64,000 bases of DNA from Candidatus Babeliales bacterium (GTDB lineage: Bacteria > Babelota > Babeliae > Babelales > Vermiphilaceae). Under the pieces are notes generated by a model that was given only the letters and a program-made list of their open reading frames with translations, made no database searches and was not told the DNA's origin. Location: contig CAVUQO010000003.1 of assembly GCA_963743635.1 (NCBI GenBank), positions 448,001 through 512,000 on the forward strand. Direction: 5' to 3'. Positions 29,856 through 41,318 of the stretch are shown here, one piece after another. The position numbers were made by a program, and so were the translations under genes. Positions within the stretch are counted from its first letter, which is position 1. Each line of letters begins with the position of its first letter.

Positions 29856-31292
29856 TTAGAACATGGCATTGAAGCCAAACATAATGGTGGTGCTGCGGAA
29901 GGCATTGTACTGGGATAAAGGTGCCTGCCAGAGGAAGCCAAGGGATATCTGAGGGGAAATGTCGTAATTGAAGCCCATGTTGGCCACTTGTACCCTGAAA
30001 GTAGACAGTTTTTCAAGAATTTCTGGCTTGAAAGCGCAGCCGGGATTTGGCTGATCAAGCTTAATGCTATCATCCTTATGGATTACCAGTACGTATTGGA
30101 AGTAGAAGGAGAGCATGCCCATAAAATGGTAGGCGTTCATTTTGGCAGTGAAATGGATATTTGACCCTGGATTTATGTTAACGCCGGTAGTGAAGGGGTA
30201 AATTCCTGATTGGTATATGCTGGTGGGTACGTGATAATTATTGAAATGTCTGCTAAAAAAGTGGGTTAAACCAGCTTCGCCGCCAATTTCGATGGTATCA
30301 GCAAAGTCTACGTTAATACCAGCGGTAAAGCCTACCGAGTCGTGATTTTGGTTACCAAAGGAAAGGGCAAAGGTTTCATTCGGGTCATATTTCTTATTGG
30401 TCGATACGGTACCACCAAATTTAAAGAATGGTATGAGAAGGAAGTTCATCCATTCATCCCGATAGGTATTCATAGGATATGCATGGCGCCAGTACAGAAA
30501 TGCCCGAATATCTTCAACCGAGAAGGCGTTAAAATCGCTGATATCATAGCAAATTTCACGCATAATAATTTGGTAGGGTCCCATTAAATATTGATCGATA
30601 TTTGCTTTGGTAAGATCTGGATTGAAACAATCGGTATTGGCCGGATTGCAAGGATTGAGTGGACTTGGCAAGGGATTTCCGTATACGTCTTCAATCGTTA
30701 AGTTAATGAAATTGCAGGGGACTTGTGAAATATTAGCAAGGCCTACATCAAGCGAGAAGCCGACATCGCCAACGATTTGCGTTTCAAGATTAAACCGCAC
30801 GCCATATTTGCGATAGGTGGCAGGTATCGTGAAAAAACCATTGAGTTGTTGAGGGTCAACTGCGTAAGGATCAGTAATTGGTTCGCCAGCTGGCTGGTTA
30901 GGAAATAGTTTTTGACGTGCCAACTCCAAAGCAGGCGGCAATGAATAGCCTTCAGGAATAGGCCCCATTAAAAGTCCGACCATGCTCCAGCGGCCATTGA
31001 TGTCGCCCAAGGGAACGATGTTTTGACATTTATCACGCCCAACTTTTGCCTGTTGACCGAAAGGAGATATTGAAAGCGTAACGCGTTGCGGTTTGTTGTC
31101 GACAGCATAACCATTGAGCAATTGTTTTTCGCGGGTGAGTACAAAAGTTTGCGGATCGAGTGTTTTAAAGATTGGGAAAGGATCATTCCGATTATCTTCA
31201 GTCATTGCATGGACTGTTTGAATACTGACACTTAATCCGATCAAGAGGATTAACCGTGTATATAAGTGGTATGCGGTGCTTCTCACTAACAT
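29856..31292 (-). CDS. Putative outer-membrane beta-barrel protein, lineage-specific
   Basis: Signal peptide VHA-M; alternating aromatic beta strands; C-terminal Phe (FGFNAMF). Confidence 0.55.
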   Translation of the reverse strand: MLVRSTAYHLYTRLILLIGLSVSIQTVHAMTEDNRNDPFPIFKTLDPQTFVLTREKQLLNGYAVDNKPQRVTLSISPFGQQAKVGRDKCQNIVPLGDINGRWSMVGLLMGPIPEGYSLPPALELARQKLFPNQPAGEPITDPYAVDPQQLNGFFTIPATYRKYGVRFNLETQIVGDVGFSLDVGLANISQVPCNFINLTIEDVYGNPLPSPLNPCNPANTDCFNPDLTKANIDQYLMGPYQIIMREICYDISDFNAFSVEDIRAFLYWRHAYPMNTYRDEWMNFLLIPFFKFGGTVSTNKKYDPNETFALSFGNQNHDSVGFTAGINVDFADTIEIGGEAGLTHFFSRHFNNYHVPTSIYQSGIYPFTTGVNINPGSNIHFTAKMNAYHFMGMLSFYFQYVLVIHKDDSIKLDQPNPGCAFKPEILEKLSTFRVQVANMGFNYDISPQISLGFLWQAPLSQYNAFRSTTIMFGFNAMF

Positions 31293-31362
31293 TCCTTAAT
31301 CCTTTCTTCTCCTAGTCCTTCATATCGTTATAGCCCGTTAAAACTCAAACGTCAACGGCTTG

Positions 31363-32577
31363 TTACATAACCTTGATAATTTCCCCTATGAGACCTTCAA
31401 TGGCGAAAAATAAGATTACGGATGCGGTAATAATACCTAGGATTGTTTTAATATTTTGCTTCGATTCCCATTCTGATTTCAGGGTAAGCAACGTAATCAT
31501 AGACATAATATATGAAGATACTATGAAGAGTGATGTTAAATAGAAAAAGAGATCAAGATTATGCAAATGTGTGTAGCTGAGGGATATGCAGACGCCAACA
31601 AAAAGCACTGCAAAATGCTGATCTAAAATACCAGAATCGACTAATTTTTTGCCAAAAGCACTGTGACTATTTTTTACCAGCAGCGTGAGCAAATTGCTTG
31701 AAGCCCAAATCATTGAATGAATAGTTCCCAAAATGGCAGACAATATAGAAATGTGAATAATCGTAATGATCCATTGTTGATCTGGGAAATACCAATTGAA
31801 GCGTATCAGAAAGCGGCATGCGCGGATCGGTGAAATAAGAAAGTGGCGTAGAAAGTAAAATGGATCCGACAAATAATATGTAAAGAGTGCCGACCAATGC
31901 AATTGAGTAGGTAAGTGCGCTGCGGTACATTTTTTTGTGGTTCTTTGACGATATTAAATAAGTGAGCGTTGCGCATTCAAAACCAAAGAAACCAAAGATG
32001 ATCACGCGCGTAGCCTTGAGTACATTGGTAAATCCATGGGGAGCAAAGGGAACTAAATTGTTGAAATCAGCTTTGGTGAAACACATAATGGTGGTGGCAA
32101 TGAGTGGAAACACGGTGCACACAATTAAAATATGTTGTCCCATTTCAGAAAGCACCACACCAAAAGTATTTAAAATAACCAAGGCGAGCAGCGCAGCGAG
32201 TCCGAGCGTATATGCTGAATAGGAGGAAAGAGGTATGTAAATAGGTGCCAGCCATTTGCGAGAGCAAGCCCATCGCAATAAGAAGTCCGACAAAATATGC
32301 AGTGCTTGCAATCATGCCTCCGATATGTCCGCTCCATTGTTTTGCATAGGTGTAAAAGGCGCCTTCTTCAGGATAGAGTTCTGCAACGCGCGCAAGGGAT
32401 TGAGCCATAAACCAGACCGCGAACATCACAAAAATAAAAGCCAAAATGCCTGCGGGGCCAACATTGGCTGCTAAAGCAGCCGGGGTCAGTGAAAATACCA
32501 GAACCGATCATGGCATTCATGCCAATAATGGTGGCGGTTGCTACTCCTATTTTTGTGCCGGGTGTTTGTTGCGACAT
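31363..32577 (-). CDS. APC family amino acid permease (frameshifted)
   Basis: MNAMIGSGIF, PEEGAFYTY, FAPHG, FFGFE spread over four frames. Confidence 0.85.
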
Positions 32578-32674
32578 GTGGGAAATCCTTTATGGAATGC
32601 GGTAAATGTGATAGAATGCTGTAATAATGTTCTATTTTTACATATTAGATTTCATTTAACAAGAAAAAGCACGT

Positions 32675-32914
32675 ATGCAATATTGTATGTATTATCAAGC
32701 GCATATTCCTCGTGAATATTGTTGGTTTCTGACCGCCACGCTCAGAAGCTATGAGCATGTGGCCTTCGATCGCACTCTCGATAAAGAGCGCAGCATTTTC
32801 GAATTTTTCGTCCCTGAACCCATGGAACCCCTCTTTTCTAAAGGTCATGGCCGCTTTGAAAAAGAAGGCGTCGTCCAAGATCTTAAGAAACTTCCCAATC
32901 GGTTCATTGCCTAG
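32675..32914 (+). CDS. Small hypothetical protein (DUF4911-like)
   Basis: LRSYEHVAFDRTLD pattern. Confidence 0.5.
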   Translation: MQYCMYYQAHIPREYCWFLTATLRSYEHVAFDRTLDKERSIFEFFVPEPMEPLFSKGHGRFEKEGVVQDLKKLPNRFIA

Positions 32915-32981
32915 TGTTTATAGTTGTGCAAAACTTCTCTTCGACGTTTAAAATAAGTAATCGTTGTAAAAGGATTTTTGT

Positions 32982-33850
32982 ATGAAGAATATCATTGCAT
33001 GCATAGTACTGGTGCTTTATATCCCTTGCATAAGCGCTATGGATCTCTTGCTGCATGCCGCTATAAATGCAAAAAATGGTTACGGCATGGCATTAATGCA
33101 GGGTCGTCGTAAAACGATGGAAGATCGGGCTGAATGTCATTGGGAGTATAATGATAATGATCGCGATCATGAATTCTATGCCGTGTATGATGGCCATGGT
33201 GGTTCCGGGTTGCTCTTATAGCGCAATATATGATGCGCAAAGTGTGTCGCCTTGATCAAGCCGAAACGGATGAGCGATTAAGGATGCATTGCAAACAGGT
33301 TTTTTGACGTTGCATAATAATCTTGGACCTAGGGTAAACACTATGGGTTCTACCGCAACGGTAGCTGTCATCAAAAATGCAAAAATATTTGTTGCCAATG
33401 CTGGTGATTCTCGTGCCGTCCTCTGCCGGGACGGAGAAGCGATACCACTTTCAAAAGATCATAAGCCATCGAGGCAGATGAAGTGGCAGCGTATCATAAA
33501 AGCATTTGGGCTATGTGACGTGGTTCTTGGAGATCGTGTTCAGGGCGTCTTAGCGGTTTCTCGTGCTTTAGGCGATAAAGTATTAAATCCTTACGTAATT
33601 CCAGAGCCAGAGATTACGCAGACAAGAGTAGATCCGCAGCATGAATTTTTGATTCTTGCATGCGATGGTGTATGGGATGTTTTTCTAGTCAAGAAGCAGT
33701 GAATAATGTAAGAGAGCACTCAAAGTAAAGCCAGGTGATTGTGAAATGCGGCTACAAGCATTAATAGAATGCGGCATTAAGCACTACAAGGCAGCAGGAT
33801 AATATTAGTGTTATTGTTGTCGGATCTTAAGCACAATAACAGTCATAGCT
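32982..33850 (+). CDS. Secreted PP2C (PPM) Ser/Thr phosphatase, eukaryote-like (frameshifted; 3' end approximate)
   Basis: QGRRKTMED, YDGHGG, GSTA, NAGDSR, DHKP, AVSRALGD, LACDGVWD, DNISV; signal peptide ending CISA-MD. Confidence 0.88.
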
Positions 33851-33912
33851 AATAATATAAAAAAGGCGGCCTCAGACATTAATCTGAGGGCGCCTTAATT
33901 ATTTTGATAAGG

Positions 33913-35349
33913 TTATGCAACCATCTTCAATCGCTTGCGCGCTTCATCGGTACCAAGCATGGTGATCAGTTCAAGAATCCCAGGGCCTTGTGGGGCATCC
34001 ATCAATGCAATACGCAGATACGTAAAAAATGTTTGATTGAGATGCTGGTGAGCTTTGCTTCACGTTTAATGTTTTCAACAAACAGTTTCGCATCATCAAT
34101 TTCAGGAAGATGTTTTGCAACCAATGCATTGAGCTCAGCCATCACTTCATGCGGAATGTGTTCTTTGAGCAGTGCGGCAGTGTTTTGCGGCGCATTGAAA
34201 TAGAAGTTCAGCAAATGCACTACGTCTTTCAAGCAGATGATATCAGTCTTGATCGTTTGAATGAGTGTGGTTAGTGTTTCATCGCTGAGCGTAGCTGCTT
34301 GCGGGATATGCGGCAAAGATAAATGGTTTGCGTATGCGGTGAGCGTGCAGGCTCAAGACGTTCAATCCATTTATGATTGATCCAGCGCAATTTTTCAACG
34401 TCGTATCTAATATGGCCAGTGCTGCTGATATTATCAAAATTATATGCCTGTGCGAGTTCAGGCAAGTGGACATAATTTCTTCTGCAAAAACGCCGCCACC
34501 AATAATCGTTAGATAATTTAAAATTGCTTCAGGCAAATATCCAGCATTTTGCAAATCATCGAGTGCAAATCCAAAATCACGTTTTGATAGTTTCTTGCCA
34601 TCGATATTACATATGATCGGTAAATGATAGTAGATCGGCAGTTTGAGTTTATAGATTGTATAGAGCGCTGCTTGACCAGCAGTGTTACTCAAATGATCTT
34701 CACCGCGGAATATGTGCGTAATTTTCATAAGCATATCATCGACGAAGTTGGCAAACATGAAGGTAAAGCTGCCATCTTGGCGAGTGATTGCAAAATCAGA
34801 AAAGTTTTTAAGTTCGAAGTTAATGTCGCCATGGCCGAGATCATGAATGGTGATCGTTTGGTCATGATCCAGCTTTACGCGCCAAATAAATGGCACTTTT
34901 TCTGCAAGCAGTTCCGTAATCTCTTCTTTAGATTTATGAAGGCAGGTGCGATCATAGCGTGGCGGTTGCTTGAGTGTGATTTGGCGTTGACGCTTTTTTT
35001 CAAGATCTTCGGTGGTGCAAAAGCAACGATATATTGCGCCTAGATCTTCAAGGTGATGAATTTGCTCTTGATAGAGATCAGTACGTTGGGATTGGAAGTA
35101 TGGCGCATAGGGTCCGCCTTGAATGGGGCCTTCATCGGGTGTTAAGCCAAGCCAGTTAAGATCATGAATAATTTTCTGTGCATTAGGATCGCAGTTGCGT
35201 TCTACATCGGTATCTTCAATGCGAAGTACAAAAGTACCATGATTTTTATGGGCAAACAGATAATTCATTAATGCAGCGCGGACGTTTCCAAGATGCATGA
35301 GGCCTGTTGGCGAGGGAGCAAAACGAACACGAGGGACAATAGGGTCCAT
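33913..35349 (-). CDS. gltX: Glutamate--tRNA ligase (3' half frameshifted)
   Basis: RFAPSPTG, HLGN, RIEDTD, RGEDH, KLSKR. Confidence 0.95.
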
Positions 35350-35505
35350 TGCGATCTCCAATGATAATCAGATAATTCAGATAGATTATAGAGATAGTGT
35401 AACCGTAAAGGATTTATACGTCCAGTGCATGACTTTTTTGACACATGCCGGGATGTTTTGATAAGGTGTGGTTTATTAAAAAAAGAGAGTAGATAAGGAG
35501 CTTTC

Positions 35506-35784
35506 ATGAATAAGTGTCTAAAAATCACGTTTGTAGCAGAATTACCTGATAATTTTTTGCGGGATTTTGTCCAAAAATATGCAAAAAAATATAATATCGA
35601 GGGGACCGTTCAGGTTGCCTCCGATGATTCTATTAAAATCATTGCCTGCGGCAAGAAGGAAAACGTCGAATCTTTTCTTGATGATATCCATAAGGGCACC
35701 GCAGAAGTTCAGTTCGATGACCTGGTGGTCGAGCCTTTTCTCAAGGATAAAGATTACCGCGGCGTCTTTCGCGTCATCGAGTGA
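35506..35784 (+). CDS. Acylphosphatase-like protein
   Basis: 92 aa; R.FVQK.A...I.GTV; divergent catalytic loop. Confidence 0.65.
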   Translation: MNKCLKITFVAELPDNFLRDFVQKYAKKYNIEGTVQVASDDSIKIIACGKKENVESFLDDIHKGTAEVQFDDLVVEPFLKDKDYRGVFRVIE

Positions 35785-35810
35785 GGCATTAGTCGCCACG
35801 AAATCAAACC

Positions 35811-35843
35811 AGGGCTCCTGACGAATAATCAGGGGCCTTTTTT
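35811..35843 (+). terminator. Intrinsic terminator
   Basis: agggctcctga-cgaataa-tcaggggcctttttt. Confidence 0.7.
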
Positions 35844-35847
35844 GTTT

Positions 35848-36300
35848 TTATTCGCTCTTAATATCTTTAATGAAATGCACCAGCTTATTATAGATCTTAA
35901 AGCCTAAACGGTGATGCGCATCAATGCTTGTGGCATTGGCTTGCTCAGCGTCTGAGGCGATTTGGGTGCATCCGTGTTCACGTGCCCATTGCTCCGCAGC
36001 ATGCATAAGAATCCTTCCAACGCCTTTGCGGCGATATGCCTCATCGACAAACCAGCCTTCAATATACCCAACGGGGCTTTGTGTACAGCCTTCTGCATAG
36101 TCGCGCAGCGATACTTCAATAAAACCAACGGGGGTGCCGTCATCGGCGTACGCTATGAAGGCGTGTTTTTTCTTCGAGGTGAGATACTCTTGGATTTCAC
36201 GTAAATGTTTTTCTTCGGGGCATGTATGCCAGAGTTTTTTTCTGAGCGCGAGCCATGTTGGGATCGTCTTAGGCGTCGGGGATTGGATTGAAATATTCAT
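35848..36300 (-). CDS. GNAT acetyltransferase, AAC(6')-I-like
   Basis: W..LR..LW, GFIEVSLRDYAEGC..SPVGYIEGWFV, IASDA...N..S..AH..LGF. Confidence 0.85.
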   Translation of the reverse strand: MNISIQSPTPKTIPTWLALRKKLWHTCPEEKHLREIQEYLTSKKKHAFIAYADDGTPVGFIEVSLRDYAEGCTQSPVGYIEGWFVDEAYRRKGVGRILMHAAEQWAREHGCTQIASDAEQANATSIDAHHRLGFKIYNKLVHFIKDIKSE

Positions 36301-36400
36301 CTTTTACCACATCTTTTTTATCTAATCATGGCCATTTATGTTATAATGATCAACAATTCTATTAAAAACTAACGATTTTATTATCCTACTGCGTGGTCAC

Positions 36401-39334
36401 GTGAAGAGACGTTTCATATCATATCTGCTGTGTGCCGGAGGCATACTTCTGACTACTCTCACGATGAGTGTCAGGGGGATGGATGAGCATGACGTCGACC
36501 AATCACAGTTCATTGAATTTACGATTGATGCAAATCATACCGATTACGCCGAAATTATTGATCACGCGTTCACGGAACCGTTCTTTCTTAAAACTCTGAC
36601 CTATGAAAGTGATGTACTTTTCCAGGAAGTAGAATTTCGCTATTTAATGGATATGCCTGAAAATACGGAGGTAACGCCCGCGCAGCTCAAGCAGGGATTA
36701 TCCTATCTTATGAAAAAGCGCCAGTTTGAGGAGGTCACCGTTTCTTTAAGGCGGGGGACAGAGGGTTGTCATGTGCATGTGCAGATCAAAGGCGGCTGGA
36801 TCTTATACAAATTAGTCCTCCATGGCATTTTGCTCGGCAAGGATCGCTATCGTCAATATTACACCATGGAGTCGGGCGAATTATTTGATAATGCAGCGCA
36901 TCAACGATCATTACAAAAAATGAAAGAGGCGTTTGCGCAGCAAGGTTATTTTGATGCGCGGGTAGAAAGTCGTCTTGATTATGATGAGCCAGCTAAAGCG
37001 GTTACCGTGCATGTATGGCTCGGGCATAATAAGCAATTCACGATTCAGGGTGTTGCGCTTGATATACAGGGTGAGGTGTACGTCGATGCAGAGGAAAAAG
37101 AGCTTTTACAGACAAAAATTAAGAAACAGTTTTTGCAAAAATTGGAAAAAGCAGCATACACCAAGCAGCTGATTAATGATCAGTGCGCTGAGCTGAAACG
37201 ATATCTGGCGCGTGAAGGGTATGTGAATGTTGATATTGAGTTGACGGAAAAGATAGAGCGAGATCATCATGCTATTGCGCTGACCTTGATCATTCGTTTG
37301 CATAAAAAACGATTATTTGTGTTTGTGGGTAACTCATTCTTTTCACATGATCAGCTTCTTGATAGCACGTTAGTCTTTGGACGCTCTTCTTCTTTATTAC
37401 CTGCATCGTTTTTATCTGAAGAGATTATAAAAATGTATAAAAATAAGGGGTTTTGGGATGTAACGGTTGAATCGCGCGAAGAGCAAGATCGTTATTTTTT
37501 CATCATTCAAGAGGGGCAGCGCGCTCGTATAACGGACGTGCACTGCTCTGGTATATCTCATATTTCAAATCTTGATCTGAATAAACGCTACTTTACCGAG
37601 TTGCTTAAAGCAGGCTGGTATGATGAAGAGATGATTAAACATGCGCTCGACGATTTGGTTGATTGGTATATTAAAGAAGGATTTCTTGAATGCCGCATTG
37701 TAAAGCGTGACTATGTTCCGCGCGATGATCATTGCTATCAGTTGGCAATAGTGCTTGATGAAGGAACGCGCAGTTATTTTCATGACGTGATTATTGAGGG
37801 ATATCCTGCATTGCATGATATGCTTCCTTTTCGTGCAATCACGAGTAAAAAAGAGCGTATTCCTTTCAATATGCAACTGGTGCAGGCACAGCGAGTTTGG
37901 CTGCTGAATTATTTTCGTGCACAAGGATATCTCACGATAGATTTAAATCCGGATATCACGAGAGATGGCGATGCAGTGACATTGCGATGGCGGGTTGATA
38001 CTGGTGCGGAAGAAGCGGTACGCTTTGGTAAGGTTGTGGTGCAAGGTGCTGGTAACTTCCCGTTCAATTATCTGTTGCGAGAAATGAATTTTAAACAGGG
38101 CGAACTCTGGGATCGCAATAAAATTAAAAATTCATCAGAAAAAATTAAAAAATTAAATGCTTTTGACTCAGTGCATATGCAGCCGTATGACGTTGTAAAA
38201 CATGAGCGTGAAAAGGCGATCATGGTAAAAGTGCAGCCAGATGAACGCTATGAGATTCGTACGCGTGCCGGGTTTGCAATGCAGCAAGTGAGTAAAGAGT
38301 TTAGTTTTTATAAAATGACCTATCGAGCGGGTGGATCATTCTGGATAAAAAATCCATTCAATTGCGGTGACCGCCTAGGATTGGATGTTGATGCCTCGTT
38401 TGCCGAGCGTAAGCTCGTAGCGGAGTATCGTAGGCCATGGTTAGGATCGGTACCGATAGAAACCGTCGTGCAGGCTTATAGTAACCAGTTTCAGCAGCCA
38501 GGTGCTGTGGGTAATCGTAAAAACCTCTATCAAGTGAATCAAACTGGCAGTCTGTTTGGACTGCGCAAGGAATATGAGCATATTAATGGGGGTGGCAATA
38601 TCGGTTTTGAATGGATGGAAACCAAAATTAGCAAAAGCGAGCAGTTTGCTGATCGAGTAGCAGTTGCTATTAATTTTGAGCCGGACTTGGTTGATAAAAG
38701 AATTCCCTATTTCACGTTTGAGCCAACCGTAACCGTTGATTACGTGGATAATCGCCTGACTCCAAGAAAGGGGGTATTTATGCTGTATAGCATTAAAGGG
38801 ATGATTCCCGTAGATCGGTTAGGTTTGCAGGGTTATTTTGTGCGCATGCTGCTTGAGCAGTCATTTTATGTGCCCTATGATCCGATTGTATTCGCGTTTC
38901 GCGTGCGGCTTGGCCACATCTTCCATAAAGATTTTAGCAGTATTATGCCGTCAGAACGTTTTTATTTGGGGGGGGGCAATTCGATTCGTGGCTATGAATG
39001 GTACATGGCGCCGCCATTGGGGGTCTATCATGATGAAAAGCGAGGGCCGCAATATGTCCCGCAAGGGGGAAAATCGATGTTTAATATTATTCTCGAGGCG
39101 CGATTTCCTTTGTATAAGAAATTGGGCTTGGTGATATTTGAGGATATTGGTGCGCTCAGTGCGAATGCCTTTCGTGATATTCAGGAGCGCGGCGTCCTTT
39201 CGGCGACCGGCTTTGGCTTGCGCTATGAGACGCCGATGGGTCCACTTCGTTTTGATATTGGCTGGCGTTGGAAAGCTACCGATCCAGTACGGCCATCCTA
39301 TGCCTGGTTTGTAACCCTCGGACAAGCATTTTAA
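36401..39334 (+). CDS. BamA/TamA (Omp85) family outer membrane protein
   Basis: POTRA-like repeats; RFYLGGGNSIRGY; GFGLRYETPMGPLRFD; C-terminal GQAF. Confidence 0.9.
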   Translation: MKRRFISYLLCAGGILLTTLTMSVRGMDEHDVDQSQFIEFTIDANHTDYAEIIDHAFTEPFFLKTLTYESDVLFQEVEFRYLMDMPENTEVTPAQLKQGLSYLMKKRQFEEVTVSLRRGTEGCHVHVQIKGGWILYKLVLHGILLGKDRYRQYYTMESGELFDNAAHQRSLQKMKEAFAQQGYFDARVESRLDYDEPAKAVTVHVWLGHNKQFTIQGVALDIQGEVYVDAEEKELLQTKIKKQFLQKLEKAAYTKQLINDQCAELKRYLAREGYVNVDIELTEKIERDHHAIALTLIIRLHKKRLFVFVGNSFFSHDQLLDSTLVFGRSSSLLPASFLSEEIIKMYKNKGFWDVTVESREEQDRYFFIIQEGQRARITDVHCSGISHISNLDLNKRYFTELLKAGWYDEEMIKHALDDLVDWYIKEGFLECRIVKRDYVPRDDHCYQLAIVLDEGTRSYFHDVIIEGYPALHDMLPFRAITSKKERIPFNMQLVQAQRVWLLNYFRAQGYLTIDLNPDITRDGDAVTLRWRVDTGAEEAVRFGKVVVQGAGNFPFNYLLREMNFKQGELWDRNKIKNSSEKIKKLNAFDSVHMQPYDVVKHEREKAIMVKVQPDERYEIRTRAGFAMQQVSKEFSFYKMTYRAGGSFWIKNPFNCGDRLGLDVDASFAERKLVAEYRRPWLGSVPIETVVQAYSNQFQQPGAVGNRKNLYQVNQTGSLFGLRKEYEHINGGGNIGFEWMETKISKSEQFADRVAVAINFEPDLVDKRIPYFTFEPTVTVDYVDNRLTPRKGVFMLYSIKGMIPVDRLGLQGYFVRMLLEQSFYVPYDPIVFAFRVRLGHIFHKDFSSIMPSERFYLGGGNSIRGYEWYMAPPLGVYHDEKRGPQYVPQGGKSMFNIILEARFPLYKKLGLVIFEDIGALSANAFRDIQERGVLSATGFGLRYETPMGPLRFDIGWRWKATDPVRPSYAWFVTLGQAF

Positions 39335-39376
39335 CCCCTCCTGACGGCCTGACGGCACTCCTGGGGATGAGCGGAA
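39335..39376 (+). repeat. REP-like palindromic unit
   Basis: cccctcctgacggcctgacggcactcctggggatgagcgga, matching 10303-10346. Confidence 0.6.
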
Positions 39377-39550
39377 TGTCTTTTTTCGTTTATCTGCAAC
39401 TGGGTGAAGGCATATCAGAATGAATTAGGTTGTATTATATAGGTGATTAATTGCATATATACCATAAAGTCGCTATTATTAGGAAATAATCAAATCATGC
39501 CCTTAAATGGAGCATTTTCAAATATTAGTCGCGGGGTTAAAGGAGACATT

Positions 39551-40261
39551 ATGAAGGATCATAATTCAATGATTCAAAAAAATACTTTAGAACATCAGCA
39601 TGGTCATAGTTGCGGAGAAAATGGCAATATCATAGACGAGCTCGCATTTCATTTTCCCTATGCGGTCTACGCAGTAGCGCTTACCATAGCGATCACAAGC
39701 TTTGTAGTTCTAGGCGGCAATGAGGTTTCTCATCGTAACCTGGATTTCTTATTCCATAGCTTTCACTTCATGCATATCGTATTTGCGGCTACCGGAACGC
39801 TCATTACCTATTTCAGATTCTCGCGTAATATGCTGGGCGCATTAGTAGTCGGACTTATTGTACCGAGCATCTTTTGTATACTTTCAGACGTGGTGATGCC
39901 TTATTATGGCGGAAAAATGCTGGGCCTCGACATGGACTGGCATATTTGCTTTCAATCGGAATGGCATAATGTACTTCCCTTTCTTTTTATGGGGATGCTC
40001 AACGGGTTTGTGTTGAGCCGTAATGGTGCCGATCATCAAGAGATGTATTCAATCACTTCTCATTTTACTCATATTTTAGTTAGTTCTCTTGCTTCCGCAT
40101 TTTATTTGATTGCACACGGGTTTGATACGTGGTATTTGAATATTGGAAGCTTTTTTCTTTTTTTAATTATTGTTGTTGTAGTACCATGTACGCTCGGTGA
40201 TGTAGTAGTGCCGATGTTTTTTGCGAGGATGAAACAAAATAATGAGGAGCATACGGCTTGA
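39551..40261 (+). CDS. His-rich multi-pass membrane protein, hypothetical
   Basis: RBS aggag; HQHGHS, FHSFHFMH, SHFTH; several transmembrane segments. Confidence 0.7.
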   Translation: MKDHNSMIQKNTLEHQHGHSCGENGNIIDELAFHFPYAVYAVALTIAITSFVVLGGNEVSHRNLDFLFHSFHFMHIVFAATGTLITYFRFSRNMLGALVVGLIVPSIFCILSDVVMPYYGGKMLGLDMDWHICFQSEWHNVLPFLFMGMLNGFVLSRNGADHQEMYSITSHFTHILVSSLASAFYLIAHGFDTWYLNIGSFFLFLIIVVVVPCTLGDVVVPMFFARMKQNNEEHTA

Positions 40262-41318
40262 TAATGTTACTAAATCATATGATGGTGACATTGTTATTGA
40301 GAACCTTTCGTTAACGATTCCTTCGGGTAAATTTTTTGCATTGCTTGGACCCAGTGGGAGTGGCAAGACAAGTTTGCTGCGTCTTATTGCGGGCTTTGAA
40401 ACTGCCGATTCGGGATCAATCTTTCTTGGTAATGAAGATATTACGCATATGCCCATTCATAAGCGTAATATCAATACCGTATTTCAAAACTATGCACTGT
40501 TTCCACACATGGATGTGTTTGATAATGTGGCATATGGGTTGACCATTCGCCGCGTGCCAAAGGATATTATCGAGCAAAAAGTTATTAAAATTTTAAAAGC
40601 CGTTGATCTTGAAAAGCAGATTTATAAATCGATTCATCAACTTTCTGGTGGGCAGCAGCAGCGTGTAGCGCTTGCGCGCGCGATCATTACTGAGCCAGAT
40701 GTTTTACTCCTTGATGAGCCGTTGGCAGCGCTTGATCTTAAATTGCGTGAAAAGATGTTAATCGAGCTTATTGAACTGCAAGACAATCTCAAAACAACGT
40801 TCGTCTACGTTACACACGATCAATTTGAAGCACTGACCGTCGCTGATTACATGGCAATCATGAATCATGAAGGTCTCATTGAGCAAATTGGTACTCCCAA
40901 AGAAATTTATGAATTTCCTACTTCATCATTCGTTGCTCAATTTGTTGGGTCGACCAACATTTTCTCGGGCGTAATAAAAGCAGGTGGATTTGAAGTCCAA
41001 GATCTTGGTTTGCTGCAAGCAGCAATTCCGGATAAATCATGGGCTGTTGAAGGTGCGCAAGCACTCATGAGTGTACGCCCTGAAAAAATTGAAATCAGCA
41101 AAACTAAGCTCGAAGGCTTTGCAAATGAGCTTCAGGCAAAAGTTGAAGCGATTGTATATCATGGACGTTCAACTCAATATAACGTGCGACTTGCAAATAA
41201 TATGCTGTTGCAGGTGTTTGAACAAAATGAAGAACATTTTCCTCACGAAGTGATCGACTATGATGATATCGTGTATTTGTATTGGCAGAAAGAAAACGTG
41301 GTGATGTTAGAACAATGA
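40242..41318 (+). CDS. potA: Spermidine/putrescine ABC transporter ATPase
   Basis: GPSGSGKT, VFQNYALFPH, LSGGQQQR, LLDEP; TOBE-like C-terminus. Confidence 0.92.
   Translation: MRSIRLDNVTKSYDGDIVIENLSLTIPSGKFFALLGPSGSGKTSLLRLIAGFETADSGSIFLGNEDITHMPIHKRNINTVFQNYALFPHMDVFDNVAYGLTIRRVPKDIIEQKVIKILKAVDLEKQIYKSIHQLSGGQQQRVALARAIITEPDVLLLDEPLAALDLKLREKMLIELIELQDNLKTTFVYVTHDQFEALTVADYMAIMNHEGLIEQIGTPKEIYEFPTSSFVAQFVGSTNIFSGVIKAGGFEVQDLGLLQAAIPDKSWAVEGAQALMSVRPEKIEISKTKLEGFANELQAKVEAIVYHGRSTQYNVRLANNMLLQVFEQNEEHFPHEVIDYDDIVYLYWQKENVVMLEQ

Noticed and set aside
31363..35349. Pseudogenised gltX, permease and PP2C
   Set aside because: Same clustered-indel signature; gltX catalytic motifs are intact
36401..39334. 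Two-partner secretion (TpsB) transporter for the effector arrays
   Set aside because: Length, multiple POTRA-like domains and the C-terminal motifs fit BamA/TamA, and no TpsA partner is adjacent
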